Origin: Octopus bimaculoides
Lineage: Eukaryota
Length of the DNA: 64,000 nucleotides
Assembly: GCF_001194135.2 (NCBI RefSeq)
Contig: NC_068997.1
Span: 47,230,957 to 47,294,956, forward strand
Direction: 5' to 3'
Part shown: positions 24,008 through 35,219 of the stretch, piece by piece
Layout: every line of letters begins with the position of its first letter
Position numbering within the stretch: position 1 is the stretch's first letter
Position numbers and translations under genes: made by a program
The notes under the pieces: generated by a model
What the model was told of the DNA's origin: nothing
Seen by the model: only the letters and a program-made list of their open reading frames with translations
Database searches by the model: none

Positions 24008-27000
24008 CTAGAAAAAGAAAAATGATTTTAGAAATTGATATACTTCAAATTTTGTCACATAATTACTCATTAACCCTGTCTTCAGTAATTTATCCAACAA
24101 AAAATATTTTCTCAAATTATGAAAATGTACCACCAATGGTGCACAGGGCAGTTGTATGAAGTCTACTATAATGAACCACCGGTGGTACAGGTGACAGTTA
24201 ACGTGCTAATATCCATTTTGTCTTTCATGCTAGCATGGGTTTAGACAGGGGAGTTAAGGTAGAACCATAACCCTTTAGCATTTAAATTTGCCTTATCCAC
24301 CCCTAATATTCTACCAGTTTCACGTTCAAACCGGCCCCATATCTACCCAACATTCATCAATTAGCATCTGCTTCGACGCGGTTTCTATGACTGGATGTCC
24401 TTCACCAACTACTCCAAGAGTGTAATGGGTGCTTTTTATGAACCCATCATCGGCCACAACTATGATTTCACTTGGCTTGACTAGTCTTCTCAAACACTGC
24501 ATATTGCCAAAAGTCTCATTCACTTATCACATCCATGAGGCCCAATGTTAGATCATGCTTCACCACCTTGTCCCATATCTTCCTCTTCCACAGGCTTCTC
24601 CATAATTAGAGAGTGGCACTTCATCCTCATACATCACATGATCATACTACACCTGATGCCTCTTATGCACAACTTCATTCATGACACTGTCATTGCACTT
24701 TCAGTGAAGCATACTAGCTTCATTTCTTTCAAGCCTATGCATGTCCTCAGCAGTCACAGCCCATGTTTCACTGCTGTGTACCATGACTGTTTGCATGCAT
24801 ATATATATACATATATAATCACATCATTGAAATCCGAAAGCCATAAGGTAATATATGATTATTTAGTCAATGTTTCGAATTAGACATTACAATTGACAGT
24901 AATCTTGATGCTCTTATTGTTAACCCATACCAATTTTCTGTAAGGAAATTCTTTTATCTCAGTCTTTGAAAGTGTAAAGCAACTGGCTTTGTGAACAGTT
25001 GACAAACATGGAATATCAACATCTGCATACATACATAAACACATTGGGCTTCCAGCAGATTCTATCAAGAATAAAAAAGATAAAAACGATTAGCAATTCT
25101 TACAGTTAGTTTACTGGTTTCTGCTTTCAAGACTAGTTTTGCAAGTTTGCGTATTATATCAGCAAGGTCAGATTTAGTGTACGTGCTGTAGTAAGCTAGG
25201 GTATCGTTCTGGAATAAAAAAATTTTTTAAAAAAAGGATGAAAATAGCAGGGAATATGTAAAATTTGCATGCACCACACATTTTCCAAACATTATGCTTC
25301 AAAGACAGTATGCATTTAAGAGAGCTTAGTCAAATACATTTTTTCAATTTTCAGAAACTGATTATTTTCATTTAAGGTGAAAAAAAAAAGACAAAAATCT
25401 ATTGTAATGCAATTCATATTACTACGAAATGAGGTAATGCAGTAAATTTAAAATAACAGAGCAAACTAGTTTTTTTAACAGGAAAGAAAAAAATAAATAA
25501 TTTAACTATCAACTCTAAATGCAGGGAGATAATTCGTACCTGCATCTGAGTTCAACTACGCTCAGAACTAAAAGAAAAAAAATAAGACTGGAAACTCATC
25601 AGAGATATTAAAAAAATTTTGAATACTATCTGGAATTGGTAATCTGTCAATCTAAAACCAATAGTGAACCATCAAAATTGCCAGCTGATTGAAAATTATG
25701 CTTTGTCACGTGAAACATCAAAAGCTGCCTTCAACTGATTGTATGTCATAACTTGAACACTCGATCAAAATTCTCTATAATTTAGTCTTAGCTGCAGTGA
25801 GCACTATGGTGATAAAAGCCAAATTTAAATCCTCAATGAAGAGACCTTTGTAACAGCCTAATCCTATGGTGGCAAATCCAATTTGTTCTGGTTAGTGGCT
25901 CTAATATCAGTTTAGCCAGATTTTGCCAATACCAATTATATCAAGAATTCAGCTGAGTGCCAAGTCAAACTTTTGGTAAGCCAAGAATACAGCCACATTG
26001 AGTTAAAGTAGCTCACAAGCATCCTCCCTATCTCCACAAGTGCAAAACATAAGATACTGCATTCATCTCCTGGATTTTAGAACTAGTCTTTTTTGCGTTT
26101 TTAGTGCCACAATGGGACAATCAATATTTAACCTTGTCATAAGACAGAATTTGAGGCAGATGCCCTTTGTAAGTTTTCAGGCTGATTGGAAATAAATGTA
26201 AGGTGATGATACTCTCAAAAAGAACACACAAACATGTATCTCGCTAACGATTGGGAAGCAAGCCTCTTAACTGTACAGTTGCCTCTACACCTAAAATCTG
26301 TATTCCTCTCCTAGCATTTCGCTGCACTGACTGAGTGAATCAAACTCATCACCTAAATCTGTTACCATTATAAAAAGGGTATTGTATAACAAGCTAGCCA
26401 TAAAACACTGCAAATTTTAAGCAGAGCAGACAAGTTTAAAAACTATTCAAGACATTCAAGGACTAAATCCCATAAGGCAGCAACCTGAAAGTTCCAAACT
26501 CTCAGAACAGAAAATTTAGCAATCATTTTTATTTACTCAAAAAGATTAGCCTGAGAAATCTAACGTGCAAGACAGGTCTAAGCATATTTCAGATTAAATC
26601 ATTTTTCAATAATTTCTTCTTCATTGTAATGTTTGACCAAATTGACACACTCAAGCAACATTTTAATGAGATGTCAAGACATTGATAAATGTAAGAATGA
26701 AATCCTACCCATTCTGTGTTAGAGATGAGATGTAATGAAAGACATAACGCAGCAGCAGCTAAGTGTGAAGGGTGAATGTTCACCATATCGTATTCTACAA
26801 TTGTCAACTCCATCAAATATTTGGCCAATGTATGAGTGTTTGCATCAACCTGCAATGAAAAGAATATCCAATATTTCATTAAATAAATGGAAGGAAACCC
26901 ACCAAGGAGAGAGAAAAGAAAAAAAAAGAGGATTTCCCATTTCTAGAGAAAAAAGAAGCAACAGGTGTGAGGTTGTATGTTCATTTGAGACTAGGTAGTC

Positions 27001-30000
27001 ATAAATACAAATATTAAAAAGTTAAGATACATAATTTTCCTCGATGTGAACAAGTTCAACTGCAGCATACTATTTAGCATTTATATTACTCTCTCAAATG
27101 TAATGCCATTTACTCACATTATTTTGAATTAATCACACACTATCTTGTAGATTTTCATGTGATTGCTTATTTTAAAAATATTGTAGGATAGGTGTGAGAG
27201 GCTGGATCTGGTCAGTTTAAACACAAAACTGGTAGAATATTTGGGCTGGATATGGCCAGTTTGAATGTCAAAGAGTTAAGGAGATTATGCTATAAAACCC
27301 ACACTAAAGCAGCTATGTATTCACTTGATTTGCTAGAAATAGTAACTAAATCCTCCTCAAAGCACAACCTACTGTCTCAAAAAATAAATAAATAAATAAA
27401 AAATAGTAAAAAATTCCAAGATACTCCTGCTGAGATAGGAATGACTTGTGACTAAATACTAACAAAACATTTTATGGAACAAAGAATATTACGATGCAGT
27501 GAAATCATTTGGTGAGGTCAATGAAAATTCAACCAATTCTCTCAAATAAAAAATGCACAAAACCCACCCCACTCTTTAACCTTTCTGTTAACATACTTTA
27601 CATGGCCTTCATTTCAATTTTGAAAATAAAGAATTTACTAAAATAACTCATTAAGCTGGTGTTTGGAACATAACATGAAATTTAATGGAAGATTTTAAAA
27701 ATTTAGATCACTTTGAAGCAAGCTTCTATGCATATGGAGGAGGACAGCTGAGTAAACTGACTGGACCCTAGTGCAGCTCACCAGTTCTAGTCAAACCATT
27801 TAAACCATACCAGCATGGTATGGTTTAAAATAATGATGATTGTATCAAAAGGAGAAGATAGGCAGGTTGGTATCAAGAACAAGATACAAGTTATTCAAGC
27901 AATTGTGTGCTAAGTCCACCTTGCAACCAGTCCTAGGTCCTCACACACTGCACAGCATCATGGCAAAGTGTTTGTCACAGCTTTAGGCTGACCAATGCTC
28001 AAGTAAAATTTAGGAAAAGTAGTGGTTGAGTAATAAATAGTATCCATTTGGTCCAGGATGCACCGGTTCCTTATAACTTGTGCCATTGGAAGCTAATAAA
28101 ACAACACAATTGTTTATAAATGCATAAAGTAAAATTATATTTCAAATCTCAACTACAGATAAGCAGAAAGAAGTTCAAAGACAGAAAAGTTTGTACCTGT
28201 CCTGCTTTGGAATTTCTTCTCAGAAAATGCAAGCACAATGGCTTGCCAAGTTTAAAGTCTAATGTCTTCAAGATATGCATCTCCATTTGTCGAATATCTG
28301 CTCGCGTATATGCATTGTCTGTGATGTAGACAAAATCAGACACTTCTGGAGCGTACATTTCTTCATACTTTGAAGCTATCAGCATTGATGTAACACCAAC
28401 CAGCTGTAGCTTGCTGCGAGTAACTGGATTAATCTGCAATTAAGAGGAACATGGCTTTATTTTTTTTAAAGAGAAATAATAGAAATTGACTGTAATTATG
28501 GCTAAGTAGTAAAGTGTCATTACAACTGGCTTCACACTATAACCAACACTCAAGAAATCAAATTTACTCAGTCTTCCAGTATCTTCTTAGAACTCTTATG
28601 TTCTAACAGTTCCATCTCTTTGCAGTCAAGATACATTTTACACACACACAGAAGAATGAGTTTACTCTAGCTGTTTATTTAGATAGCAATAGTCAGACTT
28701 AAAATATCTGAAGAAAGCTTAAGAAAAATTCTGAAATGCAACAAACTTCCACTACTTTTGGAACAGTATTTCATTGTGGGTCTCATCTGATTTTAGAGCT
28801 TGCAACTGGTGCGAGTTCAAATATTTTCTGGCCCTGAATGAGGAAATCCAATCTCTGAGATGTAGCTTCAAGAGTAACAATTGTAAACACCCCTTTTAGT
28901 CACTTCCTTTCTTTCAGTTACTACCAGTATGGTTTTTCATTGAGCCAGTTCAAAGTTCTGTGTTCATATATTGCATTTCACCCATCTTTACATTCCGATT
29001 TTCAAATCCCACCAAGGACAATGCTGCCTTTCATGCTTGCAGGGTTGATAATACCTCACTTTATGAGAACCTGGATTTACAAAGCTTTATTTCATAGCAA
29101 ATATAAAATCCAAATAGGGAGCTGCTGGAAACTTAAGGCTTGGTTTTGAAAAAAGTCCTTGTGAATTGTTGAGTGCACCCACAAGTGATGGTGTGCAGAA
29201 GTAAAAGTGATTCAGAAAACGATTTTATATTCTTTTACTTGTTTCAGTCATTTGACTGCAGCCATGCTGGAGCACCGCCTTTAGTCGAATCAAATCGACC
29301 CCAGGACTTATTCTTTGTAAACCTAGTACTTATTCTATCGTCTCTTTTTGCCGAACCGCTAAGTTACGGGGACCTAAGCACACCAGCATCGGTTGTCAAG
29401 CGATGTTGGTGGGGACGAACACAGATACACAACATATACATATATACAACGGGCTTCTTTCAGTTTCCATCTACCAAATCCACTCACAAGGCTTTGGTCA
29501 GCCCGAGGCTATAGTAGAAGACACTTGCCCAAGGTGCCACGCAGTGGGTCTGAACCCGGAACCATGTGGTTCGTAAGCAAGCTACTTACCACACAGCCAC
29601 TCCTACGTCTATATATATATATATTTTTTAATTTTTTCTATTATAAATGATTTTGACAGTCTTGCTTTACATTCTACTGCTGTTTTATAGCCTCTACCCC
29701 CGCCCCAAACAAACTAACAATCATTGAGCAACCCACATTTTAATGCAGTTAAAAACTTCTTTCCCTGAATATATGCTGCCGAAATTGGGAGTGCATTTTG
29801 TATGCCTGTGTGACTCTGAATGTGGTGATTCAGAAAAGCTACATTGAGACACTCAGTTCGGTAGCCAGAGTTGGGATAGAATCTAGAACAACTAAAGTCA
29901 TAATTCAGAGAATAAAGATAAAAGTTACCTGCAAAAATCGATCCAATACAGATACTGTTAAGTAAAGTGTTTCTTGTAAAAGTCTAAAGCGGTGATGAAC

Positions 30001-33000
30001 CTGACAGAGCCAATCTATAAGAATGGCCCTCATTTTACCAGTTATTTCCTGACCTTGAAGGTAATTTTTTCTCACTGAATAGGTTTTCTGAAAAAAATTT
30101 ATAAAATCAAATATTAGCAGAAAATCTGAATATACCAATGAATAAGAGAATCTATTTTAGCCAGAGAAAATGCTAAAATGAAAGGATTAGGTATGGCCCT
30201 ATTTCAACCATCACAATGGTTACTATCGCCTCCCCCAGCTAAATATAGTTTTCCAGTTATCATTTACATAATCGTTATGGTACCTTCTGCACCCCAGTTA
30301 AAAATGGATGCATTTGAAGCCAGTTAAAATATTAATGGCTACAACTGGAAGCAATTAGCCCTTACTATTTGTGAAAAGGGTACCCCACTCGCATCAAGGA
30401 GAATGGCAAACGCATAAAATTGGTAGAGAAGTGAGCATAACCAACTCACTTTCCACCTCAAAACGATCTCATTTTTCACCTCAAAACGATCAGTGTGGTT
30501 TTATATTGAAAGCTCATAGAAAGAATGCAAGTCAGACAAGTAAATCTGAAGAGACATCTGTAGTGTAGAAGCAAACGTTCAAATTGATACTACTCTTAGG
30601 CAATCACCATTTCAATGCCTACATTTTCATATTTGCATAGGTTAGACAAGTGTACTTTGTGGCCAGATGACTGTCACCAATGCTGAACTGGTTTTCAAGT
30701 GAGGTTATTAATTTTGTAGCCCATAGAACAAACAGTCCTGATTTATGCAGAGGACTAGAAACAAGCAACATGTGAAGATGCTTGTCAAGTGAACTGCAAG
30801 CAAATGATACAGGCAGCAAGGCTGTTTACAACCATGTAAGAATTAGTCCAAAGTAAGACCAAAGAAAACATGATTATACATTCATGTGATTTTCTGGAAA
30901 TATTTAGCACAAGCCGTATACTGCCTAGGCTCAGCTCAAGTTATCAAAAACATCAGTTTACATAATGGAGAGCACTACAAACAATGGTAAGGATCATTTT
31001 ACAGCTTGGCAAAGCCGACCGTATCATATACATTTATAAGAGCAAAACTTTTATTTTGTTTTGCCAGTCAAACAAACTGATTTATGACTTATCAGTAGTT
31101 CAGTATCAAAAATGTTTAGTGATATAAATTTAGACATAACTGAAGCCATTACCAGACAAATCTGCGGAGATAAACCTTCAGCAGAAGGTTAAAATGAATA
31201 AGACACAATGAAGAGAATAGATAAACACATACCTCAAGTTCACGCAAGTAAGTGTAAATGTCATTAACATATTCTGAAACGAGTTGTGGATTTTCATGAT
31301 CGTCAGCATCAATGTCAATAACATTAGCCATAACAATTCGAGGCTCAGATTCACACACTTCCATTGGACTTGATTGTGATTTCGATTCATTTTCAGTATT
31401 TGGAGGAGGCTGAATTAGTTCCTGTAAAGAGATGGAAAAATGTCAAATGTATCACAAAATATTTTTTGACAATGATCAGTGTGGCTAGCCTAACATGCCA
31501 AAGCTTCAACACACCAGATTGCATCCAAGCTGGCTTCAGGTTTTAGGGGCTAGCAGTAATCTCAAGCAGGGATTACTGTATTGCAAGCATTTCGATAAAG
31601 CCTTAAGAATCCTGCAATTTGTTCAATCTTTACTATGTTGGGAAGCTTGCAAAGATAACAGGTACAACCCTTCTTCCTCAAGCAAATAATTTACAGGAAT
31701 GTCAATTTTAAAACTTTTAAACACAAAAGGCATGGCCCATAAATTTTAATTTGCAGTTAGAAACATGTGCCTGCTTTCAAAGAAAAAGTGGTCCATATTA
31801 GCTTTTGTACTCCAGTTAACAATTACACTAAAGTTTTGGAAAACATCTTGCAGCTCCCTTAACCCTTTTGATACCACCCAGCCTGAAGCCATCTCTGGCT
31901 CTTTGATTTAAAATCTTCCACCAACACGTCAAGTTAATTTAGGTTTCAAACAACAGTTTAATAATCCTTTCTATTATAGGCACAAGGCCTGAAATTTTTG
32001 GGGAGGGTTTAAGCCAATTACATTGACTCCAGTAGTCAACTGGTAATTTATTGATCTTGAAAGGATGAAAGGCAAAGTCAACACCGGTGGAATTTGAACT
32101 CAGAACACGAAGATGGATGAAATGCCACTAAGCATTTTGCTTGGAGTGCCGAGTAAATTTTACATGGTTTCAAATAATTTTAAAAACTAAGTTGGTATGC
32201 TTCAACAGAAATATGGTAATGAAATGGTTAAACAAGATATTACTAATTTATTTTAGTAATAAATTTCAACACAAGGCCTCAGAATGCAAAAGAGTGGTAT
32301 AGTTGACTGGTACATACGTTCTGCTCAGAATGACAGAAAGCAAAGTTAATGGTAGTAGGGTCTCTGTTCTGAGAAAGCTAAACACTTGAAAGAACTAACA
32401 AGTACAGACTTGCTGGTTTTAATGGAACACTTTTAGTCCCCCTCCATGTCAAATGGGTTTCTATAGAGATAACGGCTGACCTTGTAGTCAAGGCTTACAC
32501 ACAATTTAGGTGAAGGATTTCATGAACAACATAATTAACTTCTAATTCTGAATACCTTTTGAGGGTATTTCAGATGTGACCACTAGTCATTTTATCAGAG
32601 GCAGGATCCAAAGCAGTCAAAAACAAATTGCTGTCTGCAGGACTTTCTGAATGGCATGCCAACAAAAAAAAAAATCACTTTGAAATTTTGAGTATTTGTA
32701 GTCCATCTTATGCAGCCTGCTTCTTGAAAAAGGTTTCCCCACACCAGATCTAAAGTGTTCTTCCCTTATTTAAGGCAAGGTGTAATTTGGGAAATATTTC
32801 ACCATTTAGGGTCCGTTTTCATTGCTGGCATGGGTTAGATAGTTTAACTGGGACTTGTAAGCCAGAGAGCTGTACCAGGCGCCAGTCTGATTTGACTTGA
32901 TTTCTACAGTTGGTTGCCCTTCCTAACACCAACCACTCCAGGAGTGTAGTGGGTTGGTTATTTCTAGCAGGTCAAACTACCACATCAATACTTTGTTTAT

Positions 33001-34910
33001 AATGGACTAGTGGTTCTATGACTTCAAAATGTTTGAACAACTACAAATTTTGATTTGTCTATAATTAGAAATTTAAAAAACAAGCATTCTGAACTTCTCT
33101 TGTGCTATTTCAACTATATTCACAAGTATTTTTGGGCAAAAATTTTCTGAATGTCCCCAATAAATGTTCCTGCATTCAAGTTCAACCCATTTTCATTAAA
33201 TAAGACAATACTTAATATCCATCACTATCCATCCATAAAATACCAATCTTTTGTTTAGTAACTAAAAAGTTGAAGTGATTTACTTAAATTTCATACAAAA
33301 ACTCAACTCTCACCTGTTTTACTACTGTCGTTTTCGGTACGGCTGTTCTCTGTCGAAGGGATCCTTTCTTAGTTATTTCTTTTCGTTTAATATTCTCAAG
33401 GGTTATACATGAAACCTTGTTACCAATTTCGTTGAGGGCAGATCTAGACACTGGGTATGCATCTATATTTGATTTCGAGATGGCAGGGTTTTCACGATTC
33501 AAGGCTCGTATGCGCATCTGCGAAGAGAAAATAAATATATTTAAAAATGTAAAACTTCGTATCGAATTCAGTATAAGAAACTCAGACGGAATTCATCCAC
33601 TAAAGTTGGATTTTCTCAGTTTTGATAGGGGGGGGGGTCTTTCAAATTTTNNNNNNNNNNNNNNNNNNNNNNNNNNNNNNNNNNNNNNNNNNNNNNNNNN
33701 NNNNNNNNNNNNNNNNNNNNNNNNNNNNNNNNNNNNNNNNNNNNNNNNNNNNNNNNNNNNNNNNNNNNNNNNNNNNNNNNNNNNNNNNNNNNNNNNNNNN
33801 NNNNNNNNNNNNNNNNNNNNNNNNNNNNNNNNNNNNNNNNNNNNNNNNNNNNNNNNNNNNNNNNNNNNNNNNNNNNNNNNNNNNNNNNNNNNNNNNNNNN
33901 NNNNNNNNNNNNNNNNNNNNNNNNNNNNNNNNNNNNNNNNNNNNNNNNNNNNNNNNNNNNNNNNNNNNNNNNNNNNNNNNNNNNNNNNNNNNNNNNNNNN
34001 NNNNNNNNNNNNNNNNNNNNNNNNNNNNNNNNNNNNNNNNNNNNNNNNNNNNNNNNNNNNNNNNNNNNNNNNNNNNNNNNNNNNNNNNNNNNNNNNNNNN
34101 NNNNNNNNNNNNNNNNNNNNNNNNNNNNNNNNNNNNNNNNNNNNNNNNNNNNNNNNNNNNNNNNNNNNNNNNNNNNNNNNNNNNNNNNNNNNNNNNNNNT
34201 AAATTTATTAACCGTTTACAGATATAAAAAGTACTATCAATATATATATAAAAATATTACAGAATTAACCTTTTTTTTTTTTCATGCAATGATTTTTATA
34301 AAAGGTAAATTACAGATAATTCGAATGGTCGGAAAGAGACACTAAACGTTCGAACTAGTCTCTAATTTATAGAATTAATAACAGAAATTTAACGTTCACA
34401 TCATTTTACTACATCAATTACAGCAACCTTTAATTAAATTTATTACACCTGTGGTTTAGAATTGCAAATATGACAACGGTTCTTTCCCCCACTCCATTAC
34501 CAAAACTTGTTCGTACACGAATATAAATTCCATGCTAAAACCCAAACAAGACTGGGCAAACACCAATATGGCCCATATTAATTATATTTACATCTTTTAT
34601 ATTACATACAAATTATATTAAACGTTCAGTGTTTTTTTTATTATCTGTAAATACAACTACGTCTGTTAGGGAAGAAAATTACATCTCAAATAATTACGAC
34701 ATAGTTACAATTAGAAATTATAGTCAATATAATCGATATTGAACCAAATACAGAAATGTAATTTAATAATGAAAGTTACAGTAAATGAATGACGTGACAT
34801 ATAAGTTAATGGGTTTGTTTGAGGATTTCGAAAATGAAATAATATTTAAAAACATAATGAATGAACTAAAACAAAAGGTTACTTACAGTGTTAGACCGTG
34901 TTGTAGCCAT
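23912..34910 (-). CDS. CCNB: G2/mitotic-specific cyclin B (B1/B2-type), 8 coding exons: join(34910-34887, 33517-33314, 31421-31233, 30087-29929, 28433-28197, 26849-26709, 25208-25104, 24007-23912), 384 aa
   Basis: Exons splice in frame at canonical GT-AG sites. The product has a D-box (RSALNEIGN), the cyclin box [59 protein letters not shown] and the C-terminal [11 protein letters not shown] typical of B-type cyclins. The [10 protein letters not shown] signature fits B1/B2 rather than B3. Confidence 0.96.
25104..25208 (-). CDS. CCNB: Cyclin B exon 7 ([35 protein letters not shown])
   Basis: Found by manual translation; not in the ORF track. Long T-rich tract ending ttattccAG, donor ACT|GTAAGA, 105 nt. 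Corresponds to the TLxxYxxY region of cyclin B. Confidence 0.92.
26709..26849 (-). CDS. CCNB: Cyclin B exon 6 (cyclin C domain)
   Basis: Acceptor tttcattgcAG, donor TGG|GTAGGA, 141 nt, [10 protein letters not shown]...[12 protein letters not shown]. Confidence 0.96.
27068..27279. mobile_element. piggyBac-type (TTAA-ended) MITE in cyclin B intron 5; related pieces near 24268, 27575 and 31859
   Basis: Ends in ...aaagaGTTAA. Related pieces begin (t)taaccttt/ccctttt. Confidence 0.5.
28197..28433 (-). CDS. CCNB: Cyclin B exon 5 (cyclin N domain)
   Basis: Acceptor attgcAG, donor CAG|GTACAA, 237 nt, [17 protein letters not shown] motifs. Confidence 0.97.
29231..29610 (-). mobile_element. Full-length SINE family B in cyclin B intron 4
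   Basis: Complete head-body-tail match to the other copies; CpGs largely retained. Confidence 0.88.
29929..30087 (-). CDS. CCNB: Cyclin B exon 4 (cyclin box, MRAIL motif)
   Basis: Acceptor tttttttcAG, donor CAG|GTAACT, 159 nt. Confidence 0.97.
31233..31421 (-). CDS. CCNB: Cyclin B exon 3 (ELIQPPP...SPMEV...[28 protein letters not shown])
   Basis: Acceptor ctctttacAG, donor GAG|GTATGT, 189 nt. [20 protein letters not shown] is a conserved cyclin B motif. Confidence 0.95.
31979..32151 (-). mobile_element. Old SINE family A copy in cyclin B intron 2, CpG-decayed
   Basis: Aligns by eye to the intergenic copy at 62163-62368, with most CpGs converted to TG/CA. Confidence 0.8.
33314..33517 (-). 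CDS. CCNB: Cyclin B exon 2 (contains destruction box RSALNEIGN at 33445-33419)
   Basis: Acceptor ttttctcttcgcAG, donor CAG|GTGAGA, 204 nt open frame, RxxLxxIxN D-box. Confidence 0.92.
34887..34910 (-). CDS. CCNB: Cyclin B exon 1 (MATTRSNT)
   Basis: ATG in good context (tataccATGg), 24 nt, followed by a perfect GTAAGT donor. No upstream ATG in about 190 nt of 5' sequence. A tiny first coding exon is also seen in vertebrate CCNB1. This exon is not in the ORF track. Confidence 0.8.
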
Positions 34911-35134
34911 GGTATATATATGTAGATATATGTTTTAACAAAATTTACTTCGATGGTATGGCAATGTAAAAAAAGAATATTGCCAATATAATAAGCGAAT
35001 GAATTAAAAAAATATATATATAAAGAATCTCAGCTGAGAGCGCAAAGACAGTGATAAAAATAGATGAGGATAATCGAGTATAAGTCGGATTGGTGTCAAG
35101 GCATTTATGATATGAATCTCATTCTGGTGCTAAG

Positions 35135-35219
35135 TTCGAATAACAGCGGTACTGCGCTGATTGGCTGATTGCTTAGCAAGCTTCTTGTTTGATTGGCCAG
35201 TTTTGTTGTGAAACCGTTA
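35135..35219 (-). promoter_or_regulatory. Cyclin B promoter: CCAAT boxes (35196-35192 and 35164-35160), CDE-like CCGCT plus 4-nt spacer plus CHR variant TTCGAA (35140-35135), MYB site TAACGG (35219-35214)
   Basis: Motifs read directly from the sequence 225-310 bp upstream of the ATG in CpG-retaining DNA. The CCAAT spacing is exactly 32 bp. Confidence 0.7.

Noticed and set aside
35089-35093. Third CCAAT near the cyclin B start
   Set aside because: Lies downstream of the CHR, 71 bp from the next box and probably within the 5'UTR; not counted as part of the module.
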